DNA from: Gynuella sp.
Lineage (GTDB): Bacteria; Pseudomonadota; Gammaproteobacteria; Pseudomonadales; Natronospirillaceae
Length of the DNA: 32,000 nucleotides
Direction: 5' to 3'
NCBI GenBank assembly: GCA_028282465.1
Contig: JANQHX010000030.1
Span: forward strand, 16,191-48,190
Position 1 is the first letter of the stretch. Each line of letters starts with the position of its first letter. Position numbers and translations under genes: made by a program. Below the pieces are notes generated by a model that had not been told where the DNA came from, ran no database searches, and worked only from the letters and a program-made list of their open reading frames with translations. This document shows, piece after piece, positions 17,981 through 29,344 of this stretch.

Positions 17981-20119
17981 ATGAGTGGAATAGATTTAAG
18001 CCAATTTCATCAAGTGTTCTTTGAAGAAAGTTTTGAAGGACTAGATGTGATGGAAAATGGCTTATTGGGTTTAGATATTGGAAATGTTGATAACGAAACC
18101 ATTAACGATATCTTTCGCGCTGCGCATTCCATAAAGGGTGGCGGAGGTACGTTCGGTTTTTCAAGTGTTTCAGATTTTACCCATGTAGTAGAAACCCTAT
18201 TGGATGAAATTCGCGCTGGGCAAAGAGCAATCACCCGCGAATACGTTGACTTGTTTTTGTCATCTGTAGACTGCCTTCGAACCATGCTGACGGAATTGCA
18301 AGATGGTCAAGAACCCGACTTAACTGGCCCCAATAAATTAAAAGAAAAATTTGAAGCCGTATTAGAAACACCTTCTCAGACATCAGTAGAACCAGACGCA
18401 GAACCAACTACTGAAGGCGGATCAGAAAAAGTCAATGATTCTAAAGGTTGGGCAATTACCTTCATACCTGGAGCTGACATCTGTCGTACTGGTAATGAGC
18501 CCTATCGAATTATAAATGAACTAGAAGGGTTAGGTGAGCTAACCACTCAGTGCCATGTGGACAGTATCCCAGATTATGATGCCATGGAGCCAGAACAGAT
18601 GTTCCTCTATTGGCACTTCAAATTAATTTCAGATTGCTCACTTGAAGATGTAAAAAGCCCATTTGATTGGGTTGAAGATGAGTCAGAGCTGACCTTCACT
18701 CCTTTATCCGAAGAGTCAGTTCAATTAGATGAACAAGAACCAACTTCAGACGCTCAGTTCGCTGCCCAGGAAATGACAACTCAAGCTCAACCAGAGCCAA
18801 TTCAAGTTCAGGCTGATGACGCGCAAACGCAAAAAGAATCATTGTCTCCTCAGGCACCCGTAGCAGCCCAAAAGAAAACAGTTAAACCAGAATCTCAAAG
18901 TATTCGAGTAGGCATCGACAAAGTTGACTCATTGATAAACATGGTTGGCGAACTGGTGATTACACAGTCCATGCTGGGCCAACTGGGCAGAGATTTTCAT
19001 ATGGATCGGCTGCACCGACTTCAGGAAGGTCTCACTCAACTGGAACATCACACGCGAGAACTTCAAGAGAGTGTAATGCGCATTCGAATGTTGCCTATCA
19101 GTTTTTCGTTCAGTCGATTTCCAAGGTTGGTGAGAGATTTATCCTCAAAACTAGGAAAGAAAGTTGACTTAGTTTTATTAGGTGAAAATACCGAGCTCGA
19201 TAAAACCGTTATGGAAAAAATTGGTGATCCCTTAGTGCATATGGTCAGAAATTCGCTGGACCATGGCTTGGAAACCCCTGAAAAAAGAAAGGCATCTGGT
19301 AAATCCGAAGTAGGCACTCTGACATTAAATGCCTATCACCATGGCGGCAACATTATTATTGAAATAATAGATGACGGCGCAGGAATAAATGAAGAAAAAA
19401 TTCTATCGAAAGCTATAGAAAATGGCTTAGTTGCACCCACTGACTCCCTAACTCCAGAGCAGGTTCAAGACCTCATTTTTCATCCAGGGTTTTCAACTGC
19501 TGATGAAATCAGTGATGTGTCTGGCCGTGGTGTTGGAATGGATGTGGTACGAAGAAACATTCAGGCCTTGAATGGTTCGGTCGAAGTTCATTCAGTACCA
19601 GGTGAGGGGTCTACTTTTAAAATTCGATTGCCGTTAACCCTTGCTATATTAGATGGGCAATTAGTTCGAGTTGGCCCTGAAACCTATATTCTGCCTCTGG
19701 TCAGTATTGTTGAGTCCATTCAAATTGATCCTACCTTGGTTAATTCCGTCGGTGGTGGTTTTGAAGTTTACCGTCTGAGAAATGAATACGTACCTATTAT
19801 TAGACTGTTTGACGTGATGAATGTGGAGCCTGATAGCCAAACCCTAAGTGACGGCCTTTTAGTAGTGGTAGAAGGTGAAAATAAAAAAGTTGGGTTTGTG
19901 ATTGATGATCTTCTTGCTCAACAACAGGTAGTGATTAAGAGCTTGGAGTCCAACTATAAAAAAGTCGAGGGCATCAGTGGTGCCACGATTTTAGGCGATG
20001 GTACGGTAGCGCTCATTTTAGATATTACTGGCTTAATTCAAGTGGCTGGCATTAAAGCTAGTACATTAAATCAATTAAAAGAATTAGAGAAGTCAGCTCA
20101 GGGCGATGAAGCCGCGTAA
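17981..20119 (+). CDS. cheA: Chemotaxis histidine kinase CheA
   Basis: P1 Hpt motif AAHSIKGGGGTFGF; dimerisation domain DSLINMVGELVITQS; kinase boxes HMVRNSLDHGLE, DDGAGI, GRGVGMDVV; C-terminal CheW-like domain. Confidence 0.96.
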   Translation: MSGIDLSQFHQVFFEESFEGLDVMENGLLGLDIGNVDNETINDIFRAAHSIKGGGGTFGFSSVSDFTHVVETLLDEIRAGQRAITREYVDLFLSSVDCLRTMLTELQDGQEPDLTGPNKLKEKFEAVLETPSQTSVEPDAEPTTEGGSEKVNDSKGWAITFIPGADICRTGNEPYRIINELEGLGELTTQCHVDSIPDYDAMEPEQMFLYWHFKLISDCSLEDVKSPFDWVEDESELTFTPLSEESVQLDEQEPTSDAQFAAQEMTTQAQPEPIQVQADDAQTQKESLSPQAPVAAQKKTVKPESQSIRVGIDKVDSLINMVGELVITQSMLGQLGRDFHMDRLHRLQEGLTQLEHHTRELQESVMRIRMLPISFSFSRFPRLVRDLSSKLGKKVDLVLLGENTELDKTVMEKIGDPLVHMVRNSLDHGLETPEKRKASGKSEVGTLTLNAYHHGGNIIIEIIDDGAGINEEKILSKAIENGLVAPTDSLTPEQVQDLIFHPGFSTADEISDVSGRGVGMDVVRRNIQALNGSVEVHSVPGEGSTFKIRLPLTLAILDGQLVRVGPETYILPLVSIVESIQIDPTLVNSVGGGFEVYRLRNEYVPIIRLFDVMNVEPDSQTLSDGLLVVVEGENKKVGFVIDDLLAQQQVVIKSLESNYKKVEGISGATILGDGTVALILDITGLIQVAGIKASTLNQLKELEKSAQGDEAA

Positions 20120-20151
20120 AAAACTAACATTACTCAGCGAGTGAGATAAAT

Positions 20152-20682
20152 ATGGAAGCTGAATTAGAAAATGCCATAGAAGAAACGGGTGAGTCAGAGC
20201 AATATCTCACCTTCATCATGGCAGACGAAGAATATGGTGTGGATATCCTTAGTGTTCAAGAAATACGAGGTTGGGAGCCCTGTACACAAATTCCCAATTC
20301 ACCTTCTTTTATGAAAGGTGTTATCAATTTACGCGGCACTATTGTTCCCATTATTGATCTTCGGGAACGCTTCGGATTAAAAACGGTTGAATACAGCCCG
20401 ACTACTGTTGTTATCGTTTTAAAGTTAGAAACCGAAAAAGGTAATAGAGTTTCTGGCATTGTGGTAGATGCGGTATCCGATGTGTATACGCTCGCAAAAA
20501 AAGATATGAAAGATGCACCTAATATCGGCGAAAAAATGAATGTGTCTTTCATAAAAGGATTAATTAACGTTAATGACAAGATGGTGATACTGCTTGAGTT
20601 AGAAACTTTAGTGGGCACGGATGAGATTGAAAATTTTGCAGAAATAGCTTCTATGGTTTCTAAAAACTCGGTTGCGGAGTAA
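20152..20682 (+). CDS. cheW: Chemotaxis coupling protein CheW
   Basis: YLTFIMADEEYGVDILSVQEIRGWEPCTQIPNSPSFMKGVINLRGTIVPIIDLRERFG. Confidence 0.95.
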   Translation: MEAELENAIEETGESEQYLTFIMADEEYGVDILSVQEIRGWEPCTQIPNSPSFMKGVINLRGTIVPIIDLRERFGLKTVEYSPTTVVIVLKLETEKGNRVSGIVVDAVSDVYTLAKKDMKDAPNIGEKMNVSFIKGLINVNDKMVILLELETLVGTDEIENFAEIASMVSKNSVAE

Positions 20683-20688
20683 AAGAAT

Positions 20689-23600
20689 ATGAATAGATTA
20701 AGTGATACCGAAGGTTGGCTGGAACGGGTTAATTTTTTAAGATCGTTAAGAGTGTCAGCAAAACTCACCCTAGCTGCCGCAGTAACTTTTATATTAATTG
20801 GTTACTTAGCCTATTCATTAAACGCTAACATAAACTCTCAAATTGAATTTAATGCCAAAGAATCGCTGGGTACCAATTACTTAATGCCAGCATACGATTT
20901 AATTAAATTTATGCAGGTGCATAGAGGTACTACTAACGCCTATTTAAACGGCAATGAAGCCGCTAAGGATAGGGCTCTGGGAGCAAGGTCAAATTTAGAT
21001 AAAGCATTTAATTCCGCGATACAGGCTTTGCAAGCATCAGGTGATCCCTTAAATATTCAGGGTGATATTGAATCACTTTCAGACTATTGGAACGAATTAA
21101 AGAACCGCGCATTTGAGGGCCCAGCTCCGGAAGTATTTGTAGACCATTCAGACATGATTAGCAACACTCAAAACGTCATTGTCAAAGTGGCGGACTCTTC
21201 TAACCTAACCTTAGACCCTGAGCTTGATACCTTTTATTTAATGGAGATAGTGAGTTTTAGACTTCACGCGCTGACTGAATACATGGGGCAGTTACGTGGC
21301 GCGGGTTCTGGCATGATCGCCTCAGGAAATTATTCGAAAGATCGGTTAATCGGGTTTGCTAAATTAGAGGGTAAGGTAGACATAGATGGACTAGAGAATT
21401 CCTTGAATTCCGCTTATGCCGATAACCCCGAGTTAAAAAATATCCTAGGTAACGAATCTCGACAAGTTGTAGAAAAATCACGAACATTTTTCAATCAAGT
21501 GGGTTATCTGGTTCAAAATGAAAATTCAAACATTTCCAGTTCAGAGTATTTTGATTTAGGAACCAGTGCAATTAACTCAATTTATGACTTCGCTGACTCG
21601 GTTAATCAAGAGCTTAAAAGGCTGATTGATATTCGCGTGTCAGACATGAAGACTGAACGCAATAATTTGCTAGCAAAGACTATCTTAGGCGTTGCACTGT
21701 CTCTAGTTTTTATTGTTTTATCCATCAGTGGGGTCGTTTCTCCGGTTAAGCGCACGCAATCATTACTTCAAGCCATTGGCGATGGCAAACTCGACAATAA
21801 GATCCTAATTAATAGTAAGGACGAACTCGGAGAAATGCTGAAAACCTTAGAGTCAATGCAAAAGCAAATGAAAGACTCTATTGAAGAACAGCGACGTATT
21901 TCAGACGAAGCCTTGAGGGTGAAAAGTGCACTGGATGTTTGCGATACTTCAGTCATGATGGCCGATAAAAACCTCAATATCATTTATATGAACAAATCAG
22001 TTCAAGATATGATGATAGAGGTGGAAGAAGATTTGGTTAAGGACTTGCCAAACTTCAATGCACGTAAGTTGATGGGGGCGAACATCGACCAGTTTCATAA
22101 AAAACCCCAGCATCAACGAGAACTTCTAAAAACACTCAATAAAGCTCATCAAGCTCGAATTAAAATTTCAGACTTAACATTTAAGCTAATAGCGACACCT
22201 ATTTTTAACGTAAATAATGAACGTATTGGAACCGTGATCGAGTGGCAAAACATCACAGCTGAGCTCGCTGCTGAAATGGAACAAAGGATGATTGCAGATG
22301 CCAATGCCCGAGTGAAGCAAGCATTGGATTGGGTAACCACTAACGCCATGGTAGCCGATTCTGATTTCAATATTGTGTATACCAATAAATCATTGCAAAA
22401 CATGATGAAGGAAGCAGAACATGATTTAAAAACAGCATTACCGAACTTTGATGCCGATAATCTTGTGGGTAAAAATATTGATGTATTCCATAAAAATCCA
22501 TCACATCAGAGAAACCTCTTGTCGAGCTTAACTGGTACTCATAAAACACAAATTGAAGTAGGTGGCAGAGTTTTCTCTCTCATCGCCAATCCAGTCGTAA
22601 ATGATGACGGAGCGAAAATTGGTGCAGTCGTTGAGTGGAACGACAGAACCAAGGAAGTATCTATAGAACAAGAAATAGATAACCTAGTTGATACCGCTGC
22701 GAGAGGTGACTTAACCGTTCGTGTTAGTGAAGAAGGTAAGTCTGGTTTCTACATGAACTTGGCGCAAGGTCTGAATCGTTTAATAGCTATTTCTGATGGT
22801 GTGGTTAATGACACGGCAAGAGTGCTGGACGGAATGGCTCATGGTGATCTGACTGAGACCATTGAAAAAGACTACGAAGGTTCGTTTGGAAAGCTAAAAC
22901 GAGATGCCAACGCAACGGTTGAAAAGTTAACGGAAATTATTTCCCAAATTAGAGAGTCAGCGAATACCGTAACAACAGGTGCCAGTGAAATTGCTCAGGG
23001 TAATGCTGATTTAAGTCAGCGAACGGAAGAGCAGGCTTCGTCACTTGAAGAAACGGCTTCTTCAATGGAAGAAATGACCAGTGCAGTACGACAAAGTGCA
23101 GAAAATGCCAGTCGAGCCAATAGCCTAGCCGCCGAAGCAAAAGACAAAGCGCAAACCGGTGGTGAAGTGGTGGATCGAGCAGTGAAAGCCATGGAAGAAA
23201 TTAATTCAGCCAGTAAGAAGATATCCGACATCATTGGTGTCATTGATGAAATTGCATTTCAAACCAATCTACTGGCTCTGAACGCGGCGGTTGAAGCGGC
23301 ACGAGCCGGTGAACAAGGTCGAGGTTTTGCTGTGGTAGCCGGTGAAGTGAGAAGTTTGGCTCAACGATCTGCAGGTGCAGCAAAAGAAATTAAAGACCTT
23401 ATTCGCGACAGTGTTGAAAAGGTGGATGCCGGTACTCAGCTGGTGAATGAATCTGGCCAAACCCTTTCAGACATTGTGACATCGGTGGAAAAAGTTTCGG
23501 GTATGGTGAGCGATATTTCTAACGCTTCTCAAGAACAAACCAGTGGCATAGAGCAGGTTAATAAAGCCGTTTCTCAAATGGATGAAATGACTCAACAGAA

Positions 23601-23850
23601 TGCCGCTCTCGTTGAACAAGCCTCAGCAGCTGGTGAAGCCATGGCGGATCAAGCCAGAAGCATGATGAAGCTTATGCAGTTTTTCACCACAGATGCTCAC
23701 CAAGTCGCCACGGCTGCTGTTTCAGAATCCGGTGCGCATAAAACCCCAAAGACTACCTCGGCAGAACCTGATCACAATGTGATTAAGTCGCCGGTAATGG
23801 GCAATGCCCAACAAGTATCAGACCCCGAAGATGAGTGGGAAGAGTTTTAA
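20689..23850 (+). CDS. Methyl-accepting chemotaxis protein: TM, NIT-like periplasmic region, HAMP, two PAS, signalling domain, xWxxF tether
   Basis: Signalling hairpin [47 protein letters not shown]; N-terminal TM segments; two PAS-like repeats; C-terminal EWEEF. Confidence 0.94.
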   Translation: MNRLSDTEGWLERVNFLRSLRVSAKLTLAAAVTFILIGYLAYSLNANINSQIEFNAKESLGTNYLMPAYDLIKFMQVHRGTTNAYLNGNEAAKDRALGARSNLDKAFNSAIQALQASGDPLNIQGDIESLSDYWNELKNRAFEGPAPEVFVDHSDMISNTQNVIVKVADSSNLTLDPELDTFYLMEIVSFRLHALTEYMGQLRGAGSGMIASGNYSKDRLIGFAKLEGKVDIDGLENSLNSAYADNPELKNILGNESRQVVEKSRTFFNQVGYLVQNENSNISSSEYFDLGTSAINSIYDFADSVNQELKRLIDIRVSDMKTERNNLLAKTILGVALSLVFIVLSISGVVSPVKRTQSLLQAIGDGKLDNKILINSKDELGEMLKTLESMQKQMKDSIEEQRRISDEALRVKSALDVCDTSVMMADKNLNIIYMNKSVQDMMIEVEEDLVKDLPNFNARKLMGANIDQFHKKPQHQRELLKTLNKAHQARIKISDLTFKLIATPIFNVNNERIGTVIEWQNITAELAAEMEQRMIADANARVKQALDWVTTNAMVADSDFNIVYTNKSLQNMMKEAEHDLKTALPNFDADNLVGKNIDVFHKNPSHQRNLLSSLTGTHKTQIEVGGRVFSLIANPVVNDDGAKIGAVVEWNDRTKEVSIEQEIDNLVDTAARGDLTVRVSEEGKSGFYMNLAQGLNRLIAISDGVVNDTARVLDGMAHGDLTETIEKDYEGSFGKLKRDANATVEKLTEIISQIRESANTVTTGASEIAQGNADLSQRTEEQASSLEETASSMEEMTSAVRQSAENASRANSLAAEAKDKAQTGGEVVDRAVKAMEEINSASKKISDIIGVIDEIAFQTNLLALNAAVEAARAGEQGRGFAVVAGEVRSLAQRSAGAAKEIKDLIRDSVEKVDAGTQLVNESGQTLSDIVTSVEKVSGMVSDISNASQEQTSGIEQVNKAVSQMDEMTQQNAALVEQASAAGEAMADQARSMMKLMQFFTTDAHQVATAAVSESGAHKTPKTTSAEPDHNVIKSPVMGNAQQVSDPEDEWEEF

Positions 23851-23863
23851 GGAGCAGTAAAAT

Positions 23864-26647
23864 ATGGCTGATCAGCCGAGTAGAAAACCAAGGAGGCTTT
23901 CACTTAAGTCAATTCAGATAAAGCTATTTGCATTCCTGGCGTTAGTTGGGGTTAGTGTGGCCATACAGTCGCTTATGCAAATTAGCTCTGCTAATAAGTC
24001 AGTTGATCAAATTCACTATCTAAATGATATCGAAATCAAGCGGGTTAATTATTCGCAGGATTTAAAGTTTTACATCACGCAAGTTCAGCAATGGTTAACT
24101 GATATCAGCGCAACTCGAGGTCTGGATGGACTAGACAGTGGTTTTGATAAGGCTGCGGAATACCGATTAAAGTTCTTTGATCTTCTACAAGAGCTCAAAG
24201 CACTCGACACGGCAAATATCGATTTATTCGAGGATATCAATAATAAATTTCAAATTTACTATGATACTGGCGTCACAATGGCTCAAGGCTATGTAACTCG
24301 CGGGCCTGTACAAGGAAATATACTAAAAAGGGAATTTAATGATGAAGCCCGAGAGATTAATACTCTGCTTGATGGGTACGTGAAAGATACTCAACAGGAA
24401 ATGAACGATCTGGTAGCCCTCCAGCTTGCAGAGTTGAATCGTAATAAAATCACCACTGAAGCATTTGCTGGTTGGTATGGCGTGCTCTCTGTCGTAATGA
24501 TTTTTGGATTGGTTTACTGGATAAGAAGACCTTTTCAAAACTTTCATGAAAAGCTGACTAATTTACTGAAATTTCAGGAAGAGCAAAGTAATTATCGGAT
24601 AGACATAAGTGATATAGATACCGACGAAGATACTGAGATAGGTCGGTTCGGAAATGTACTGTCAGCCATTATTGTGAATCAAGAAAAAACACGTTTAATC
24701 ATGGAAGAAAACTCTGTTCGTCAGACTCAAATAGAAAAGGCATTAGACGTTTGTGATACCTGCGTCATGATGGCAGACAACGACCTAACTATTCGATACA
24801 TGAACCATTCCGTTCAAGAGATGATGCAAGAAGTTGAGCCAAAGCTGAAAGAGTCTCTACCAAACTTTAATGCCTCCACCTTACTGGGTTCTAACGTAGA
24901 CCAATTTCATGTTAAGCCGCAACATCAGAGGACGATACTTAAGGAGTTGACTCAGCCTTATCAGGCAAGAATTAAAGTTTCAGGCCTTTCATTCAACTTG
25001 ATTGCTACACCCATATTTAGTGATTCCAATGAAAGGCTTGGAACTGTCATTGAGTGGAAAAATATTACTCAGGAATTAGCTGACCAAGAAAAGAGTAAAA
25101 AAATTGCTGATGCCAACTCCAGAGTCAAACAGGCATTGGATAACGTCAATACCAATGCAATGGTTGCAGATTCCGATTTTAATATTGTGTATATGAACGA
25201 GTCGGTTCAGAACATGATGCTTGCGGCGGAAGCTGATTTGAAAAAACAGCTTCCAAACTTTGACGCTAAGAATTTGTTAGGTCAAAACATAGATATATTT
25301 CATAAGAATCCAGCGCACCAACGAAATCTTTTGAGTCATCTAAATGATACCTTTCGAACTCAGATCCAGGTGGGTGGCAGAACTTTTGGATTAATCGCAA
25401 ACCCAGTCTTTAACGAAGCAAAAGAAAAAATTGGCGCGGTAGTGGAGTGGGAAGACCGCACCATTGAGGTGGCGGTAGAGCATGAAATTGATCATCTGGT
25501 TGATAATGCTCTAAAAGGCAATTTGGCTGTTCGTATTGGTGAAGAGGGCAAAGAAGGTTTTTATAAAACCCTGGCTCAGGGGCTAAATAAATTGGTGGGT
25601 ATTGCTGATGATGTCGTCAATGATACCGCTGAAGTGTTGGATGCAATGGCCCATGGTGATCTTACCAAGACAATAGACAAAGAATATCAAGGGGCTTTTG
25701 GGAAACTCAAACAAGATGCTAACGCAACAGTAGAAAAACTCACAGAAATTATTTCTCAAATTCGTGAGTCAGCAGATACTGTGACGACAGGTGCAAGTGA
25801 AATTGCCCAGGGTAATGCAGACTTAAGTCAGCGTACAGAATCACAAGCCTCTTCACTTCAAGAAACCGCTTCTTCAATGGAGCAAATGACCAGCGCAGTA
25901 AAACAGAGTGCAGAAAATGCCAGTCAAGCGAATACTCTCGCAGCGGAAGCTAAAGATAAAGCACAATCTGGCGGGCAAGTGGTTGATCGCGCAGTCAAAG
26001 CCATGGAGGAGATAAATTCCTCCAGTAATAAAATATCCGACATCATTGGTGTTATTGATGAAATAGCATTTCAAACCAATCTTCTTGCCTTAAATGCAGC
26101 GGTGGAAGCCGCTCGTGCAGGTGAGCAAGGTCGTGGCTTTGCAGTGGTTGCAGGTGAAGTCCGTAGTCTAGCTCAGAGGTCAGCTGGCGCGGCGAAAGAG
26201 ATTAAAGATCTCATTAGAGACAGTGTCGAAAAAGTGGATTCTGGTACTCAATTAGTTAATGAATCTGGAGAAACACTTGCTGCCATCGTGTCATCTGTCG
26301 AAAAAGTGTCGAGCATGGTGAATGACATTGCTTCAACTGCCCATGAGCAAACCAATGGTATCGACCAAGTGAATATAGCCGTGTCGCAAATGGATGAGAT
26401 GACCCAACAGAATGCCGCGCTTGTAGAAGAAGCATCGGCTGCGGGTGAGGCGATGGCTGATCAAGCTCGCAATATGATGAAGCTAATGGAATTTTTCTCT
26501 ATTGGCCAAGACTCAGCTATCAGTCATGCGGCGGCGACTCAATCAGTTACTTCTAAATCAAGTATGACGCATCATGTTACGAACTCCCCAGCGGGTGGAC
26601 TATCGCCGACAGTATCTGATGTTGATGACGAGTGGGCTGAGTTTTAA
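23864..26647 (+). CDS. Second methyl-accepting chemotaxis protein, paralogous in PAS and signalling regions
   Basis: Same MCP hairpin and PAS pair as the upstream gene, different periplasmic domain, C-terminal EWAEF. Confidence 0.94.
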   Translation: MADQPSRKPRRLSLKSIQIKLFAFLALVGVSVAIQSLMQISSANKSVDQIHYLNDIEIKRVNYSQDLKFYITQVQQWLTDISATRGLDGLDSGFDKAAEYRLKFFDLLQELKALDTANIDLFEDINNKFQIYYDTGVTMAQGYVTRGPVQGNILKREFNDEAREINTLLDGYVKDTQQEMNDLVALQLAELNRNKITTEAFAGWYGVLSVVMIFGLVYWIRRPFQNFHEKLTNLLKFQEEQSNYRIDISDIDTDEDTEIGRFGNVLSAIIVNQEKTRLIMEENSVRQTQIEKALDVCDTCVMMADNDLTIRYMNHSVQEMMQEVEPKLKESLPNFNASTLLGSNVDQFHVKPQHQRTILKELTQPYQARIKVSGLSFNLIATPIFSDSNERLGTVIEWKNITQELADQEKSKKIADANSRVKQALDNVNTNAMVADSDFNIVYMNESVQNMMLAAEADLKKQLPNFDAKNLLGQNIDIFHKNPAHQRNLLSHLNDTFRTQIQVGGRTFGLIANPVFNEAKEKIGAVVEWEDRTIEVAVEHEIDHLVDNALKGNLAVRIGEEGKEGFYKTLAQGLNKLVGIADDVVNDTAEVLDAMAHGDLTKTIDKEYQGAFGKLKQDANATVEKLTEIISQIRESADTVTTGASEIAQGNADLSQRTESQASSLQETASSMEQMTSAVKQSAENASQANTLAAEAKDKAQSGGQVVDRAVKAMEEINSSSNKISDIIGVIDEIAFQTNLLALNAAVEAARAGEQGRGFAVVAGEVRSLAQRSAGAAKEIKDLIRDSVEKVDSGTQLVNESGETLAAIVSSVEKVSSMVNDIASTAHEQTNGIDQVNIAVSQMDEMTQQNAALVEEASAAGEAMADQARNMMKLMEFFSIGQDSAISHAAATQSVTSKSSMTHHVTNSPAGGLSPTVSDVDDEWAEF

Positions 26648-26697
26648 TTAACTCAGTTCTAAACCAGTAAATTTGCCTAAAGGTCGTACTTCAATCA

Positions 26698-27543
26698 ATG
26701 GCGTTATCTGAAGCAACTAACGAATTTCAACAGCGTGAATTTCCTATGACAGATTCTGATTTCAAGACTCTGTCAAGCATTGCTTATAATGCCACTGGCA
26801 TCGTTCTGGGAGATCACAAACGAAATCTTGTTTATAGCCGGTTAGCTAGACGAATCAGAAGTTTAAGCCTAAATAGCTTTAAAACTTATTGTGATGTTCT
26901 AGAAGGTGGTAATGAAGAAGAGTTGGATAATTTTGTTAATGCCATTACTACAAATCTGACTTCGTTTTTCAGAGAAAGTCATCACTTTGATTTTTTAGAA
27001 GAACTTCTGGAAAGAAAGCGAAAGGAAGGCAAGAGAAGTATCAGAATTTGGTCGGCGGGTTGTTCTACAGGTGAAGAGCCTTATTCAATCGCAATCACCA
27101 TTAGAAAAGTATTTGGTGATTCCCACGGATACGACGTGAAATTATTAGCAACTGATTTGGATTCTAATGTGTTGAATCATGGCCGGGAAGGAATATATGA
27201 CTATTCTAGAGTAGAGGCCTTAGATAAAAGAATTATCTCAACAAACTTCTCTAAAAATGTTGGCGGTTCCCAAGTAAAAGTAAAGCCTGAAATACGAAAG
27301 TACATACAATTCAATCGCCTAAATCTTTTATCTAGTTGGCCCATGACCAAAAAGTTTGATGTCATCTTCTGTCGTAATGTGGTGATTTATTTTAATAAAG
27401 AAACTCAGAAAGTTTTGTTTGATCGTTACGCACAGCAGTTAAATGAAGATGGCTATTTGATTATTGGGCATTCAGAAAATTTACATGGTGTGACTACGCG
27501 TTTTAAGTCATTAGGTCGCACCATTTATAAAAGGGTCAAGTAG
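26698..27543 (+). CDS. cheR: Chemotaxis protein methyltransferase CheR
   Basis: NALTTNLTSFFRE-type segment (NAITTNLTSFFRESHHFDFLEELL), IRIWSAGCSTGEEPYSIAITI, YDVKLLATDLDSNVL, FDVIFCRNVVIYFNKETQ. ATG at 26746 is an alternative start. Confidence 0.95.
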   Translation: MALSEATNEFQQREFPMTDSDFKTLSSIAYNATGIVLGDHKRNLVYSRLARRIRSLSLNSFKTYCDVLEGGNEEELDNFVNAITTNLTSFFRESHHFDFLEELLERKRKEGKRSIRIWSAGCSTGEEPYSIAITIRKVFGDSHGYDVKLLATDLDSNVLNHGREGIYDYSRVEALDKRIISTNFSKNVGGSQVKVKPEIRKYIQFNRLNLLSSWPMTKKFDVIFCRNVVIYFNKETQKVLFDRYAQQLNEDGYLIIGHSENLHGVTTRFKSLGRTIYKRVK

Positions 27544-27548
27544 CTATT

Positions 27549-28190
27549 GTGAAACCAGTGACTCCACAGCAACCACAGCCAGATCCTTTTCGCGGTTTCG
27601 AACATATTAATAGGTTCTGGGACAAAGGTTTTAGTCAGTGGTCGGCCAAAATTTTACCTGGAGAGTTTTATGTGTCTCCGGGCGGGGAAGTTATCTCTAC
27701 TGTGTTAGGTTCCTGCATCTCTGTCTGTATTAAAGACAAACAGACAGGCGTTGGTGGTATGAATCATTTTATGTTGCCCTCTCAAGAAGAACACTCGTCT
27801 GTAGACTGGGGTTCAAATTCGTCGGCGGCCAGATACGGTAACTGGGCGATGGAATACCTAATTAACGAAATCATGAAAAACGGTGGACTAAAAAGAAATT
27901 TTGAAGTGAAGGTGTTCGGCGGCGGTCAAATTTTGGCGAACATGACAGACATTGGTCAGCGCAATATTTTATTTGCTCTAGATTTTTTAAGGCGTGAAGG
28001 ATTAAACCCAGATGCATGTGATGTTGGTGATGTTTATCCACGAAAAGTTTACTTCAATGTTGATACCGGAAAGGTGAGGGTTCGAAAGCTATCTGCCATG
28101 AAGAATCAGACTATTGTGCGTCGTGAGAAAGCTTATATGGATAGCATAGAAGAACATAAAGATGATGTGGATATTGAACTGTTTGATTGA
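27549..28190 (+). CDS. cheD: Chemoreceptor glutamine deamidase CheD
   Basis: ISTVLGSCISVCIKD (catalytic Cys), GGMNHFMLP (His), VKVFGGGQIL. Confidence 0.94.
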   Translation: MKPVTPQQPQPDPFRGFEHINRFWDKGFSQWSAKILPGEFYVSPGGEVISTVLGSCISVCIKDKQTGVGGMNHFMLPSQEEHSSVDWGSNSSAARYGNWAMEYLINEIMKNGGLKRNFEVKVFGGGQILANMTDIGQRNILFALDFLRREGLNPDACDVGDVYPRKVYFNVDTGKVRVRKLSAMKNQTIVRREKAYMDSIEEHKDDVDIELFD

Positions 28191-28199
28191 GGATAAAGA

Positions 28200-29255
28200 A
28201 TGGCGATTAAAGTACTGATCATCGATGATTCAGCAGTCATTCGTCAGGTGTTGCAACAAATTCTCGGTTCCGACTCCAGAATTGAAGTGGTAGGCACCGC
28301 AGCAGATCCGATCATTGCAAGGGAAAAAATTAAGCAATTGAAACCGGATGTGCTAACCCTTGACATAGAAATGCCAAAGATGGATGGCATAACCTTTTTA
28401 AAAAATTTAATGCGTTTACATCCCTTGCCCGTCATCATGATTTCAACCTTAACCCAAAAGGGCGCGGGCGTTACTTTAGATGCATTAGCCATAGGTGCAG
28501 TAGATTTTGTTGCTAAGCCACAGATGAGTGCGGCACAGAAACTCATTGACGATTATGCAGAAGATATTATTGAAAAGGTAATTACGGCGGCAAGTTCAAA
28601 TGTGAAAGCATTTGACCCGGAAGAGTTTACCTCTCATCAAAAACTAGAACCTATTAAGCAACCAACAAACAGTAAGCCGTTAACCTATCCTGTCATAGCC
28701 ATTGGTGCATCCACTGGTGGTACAGAAGCAATTAAAGATGTGCTTGCCAGATTACCAACATCATTTCCTCCAATTATCATAACTCAACATATTCCCGTTG
28801 AATTTAGTGAATCTTATGCTCAAAGATTAAACAAAAATTGCGAGTTAACTGTGCATCATGTGACCAGCCCAATGCCGTTGAGCCCAGGTAATGCCTATTT
28901 AGCACCGGGTGACAAACATTTATTAGTGACCAAAGAGCGGGGGCAGTATTATTGCCAATTATCAGATGGCCCAAAAGTAAATCGACACAAACCCTCTGTT
29001 GAGGTTATGTTTGATTCAGCACTGAATCTATTTGGGGAGAAGTTGGTAGGATTAATGCTGACTGGAATGGGGGCAGACGGTGCGGAATCCATGTTGAGGA
29101 TGCACGAAAAAGGCTGCCATACTATTGCACAAAGTGAAAAAACTTCAGTCGTTTGGGGTATGCCTGGTGCGGCCGTCGCGCTCAATGCTGTTGATAAGGT
29201 ATTGGATTTAAATGAAATTGCCCTGTACTTAGGAAATTACATTAAAAAATTCTAG
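28200..29255 (+). CDS. cheB: Protein-glutamate methylesterase CheB
   Basis: Receiver KVLIIDDSAVIRQ...LTLDIEMPKMDGITFL; esterase AIGASTGGTEAIKDVL, IIITQHIPVEFSESYAQRL, GMGADGAESM. Confidence 0.96.
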   Translation: MAIKVLIIDDSAVIRQVLQQILGSDSRIEVVGTAADPIIAREKIKQLKPDVLTLDIEMPKMDGITFLKNLMRLHPLPVIMISTLTQKGAGVTLDALAIGAVDFVAKPQMSAAQKLIDDYAEDIIEKVITAASSNVKAFDPEEFTSHQKLEPIKQPTNSKPLTYPVIAIGASTGGTEAIKDVLARLPTSFPPIIITQHIPVEFSESYAQRLNKNCELTVHHVTSPMPLSPGNAYLAPGDKHLLVTKERGQYYCQLSDGPKVNRHKPSVEVMFDSALNLFGEKLVGLMLTGMGADGAESMLRMHEKGCHTIAQSEKTSVVWGMPGAAVALNAVDKVLDLNEIALYLGNYIKKF

Positions 29256-29344
29256 CTATCGGAAAACACTATTGCACTAACCACACATAGGTCTAAACTG
29301 AAAATGAAACTTGGCCCAAAATGTTAAAAAAGGGGTAGATATAT

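Noticed and set aside
20256-20768. 170-aa minus ORF opposite cheW
   Set aside because: Long, but fully antisense to strongly conserved cheW; a composition artefact.
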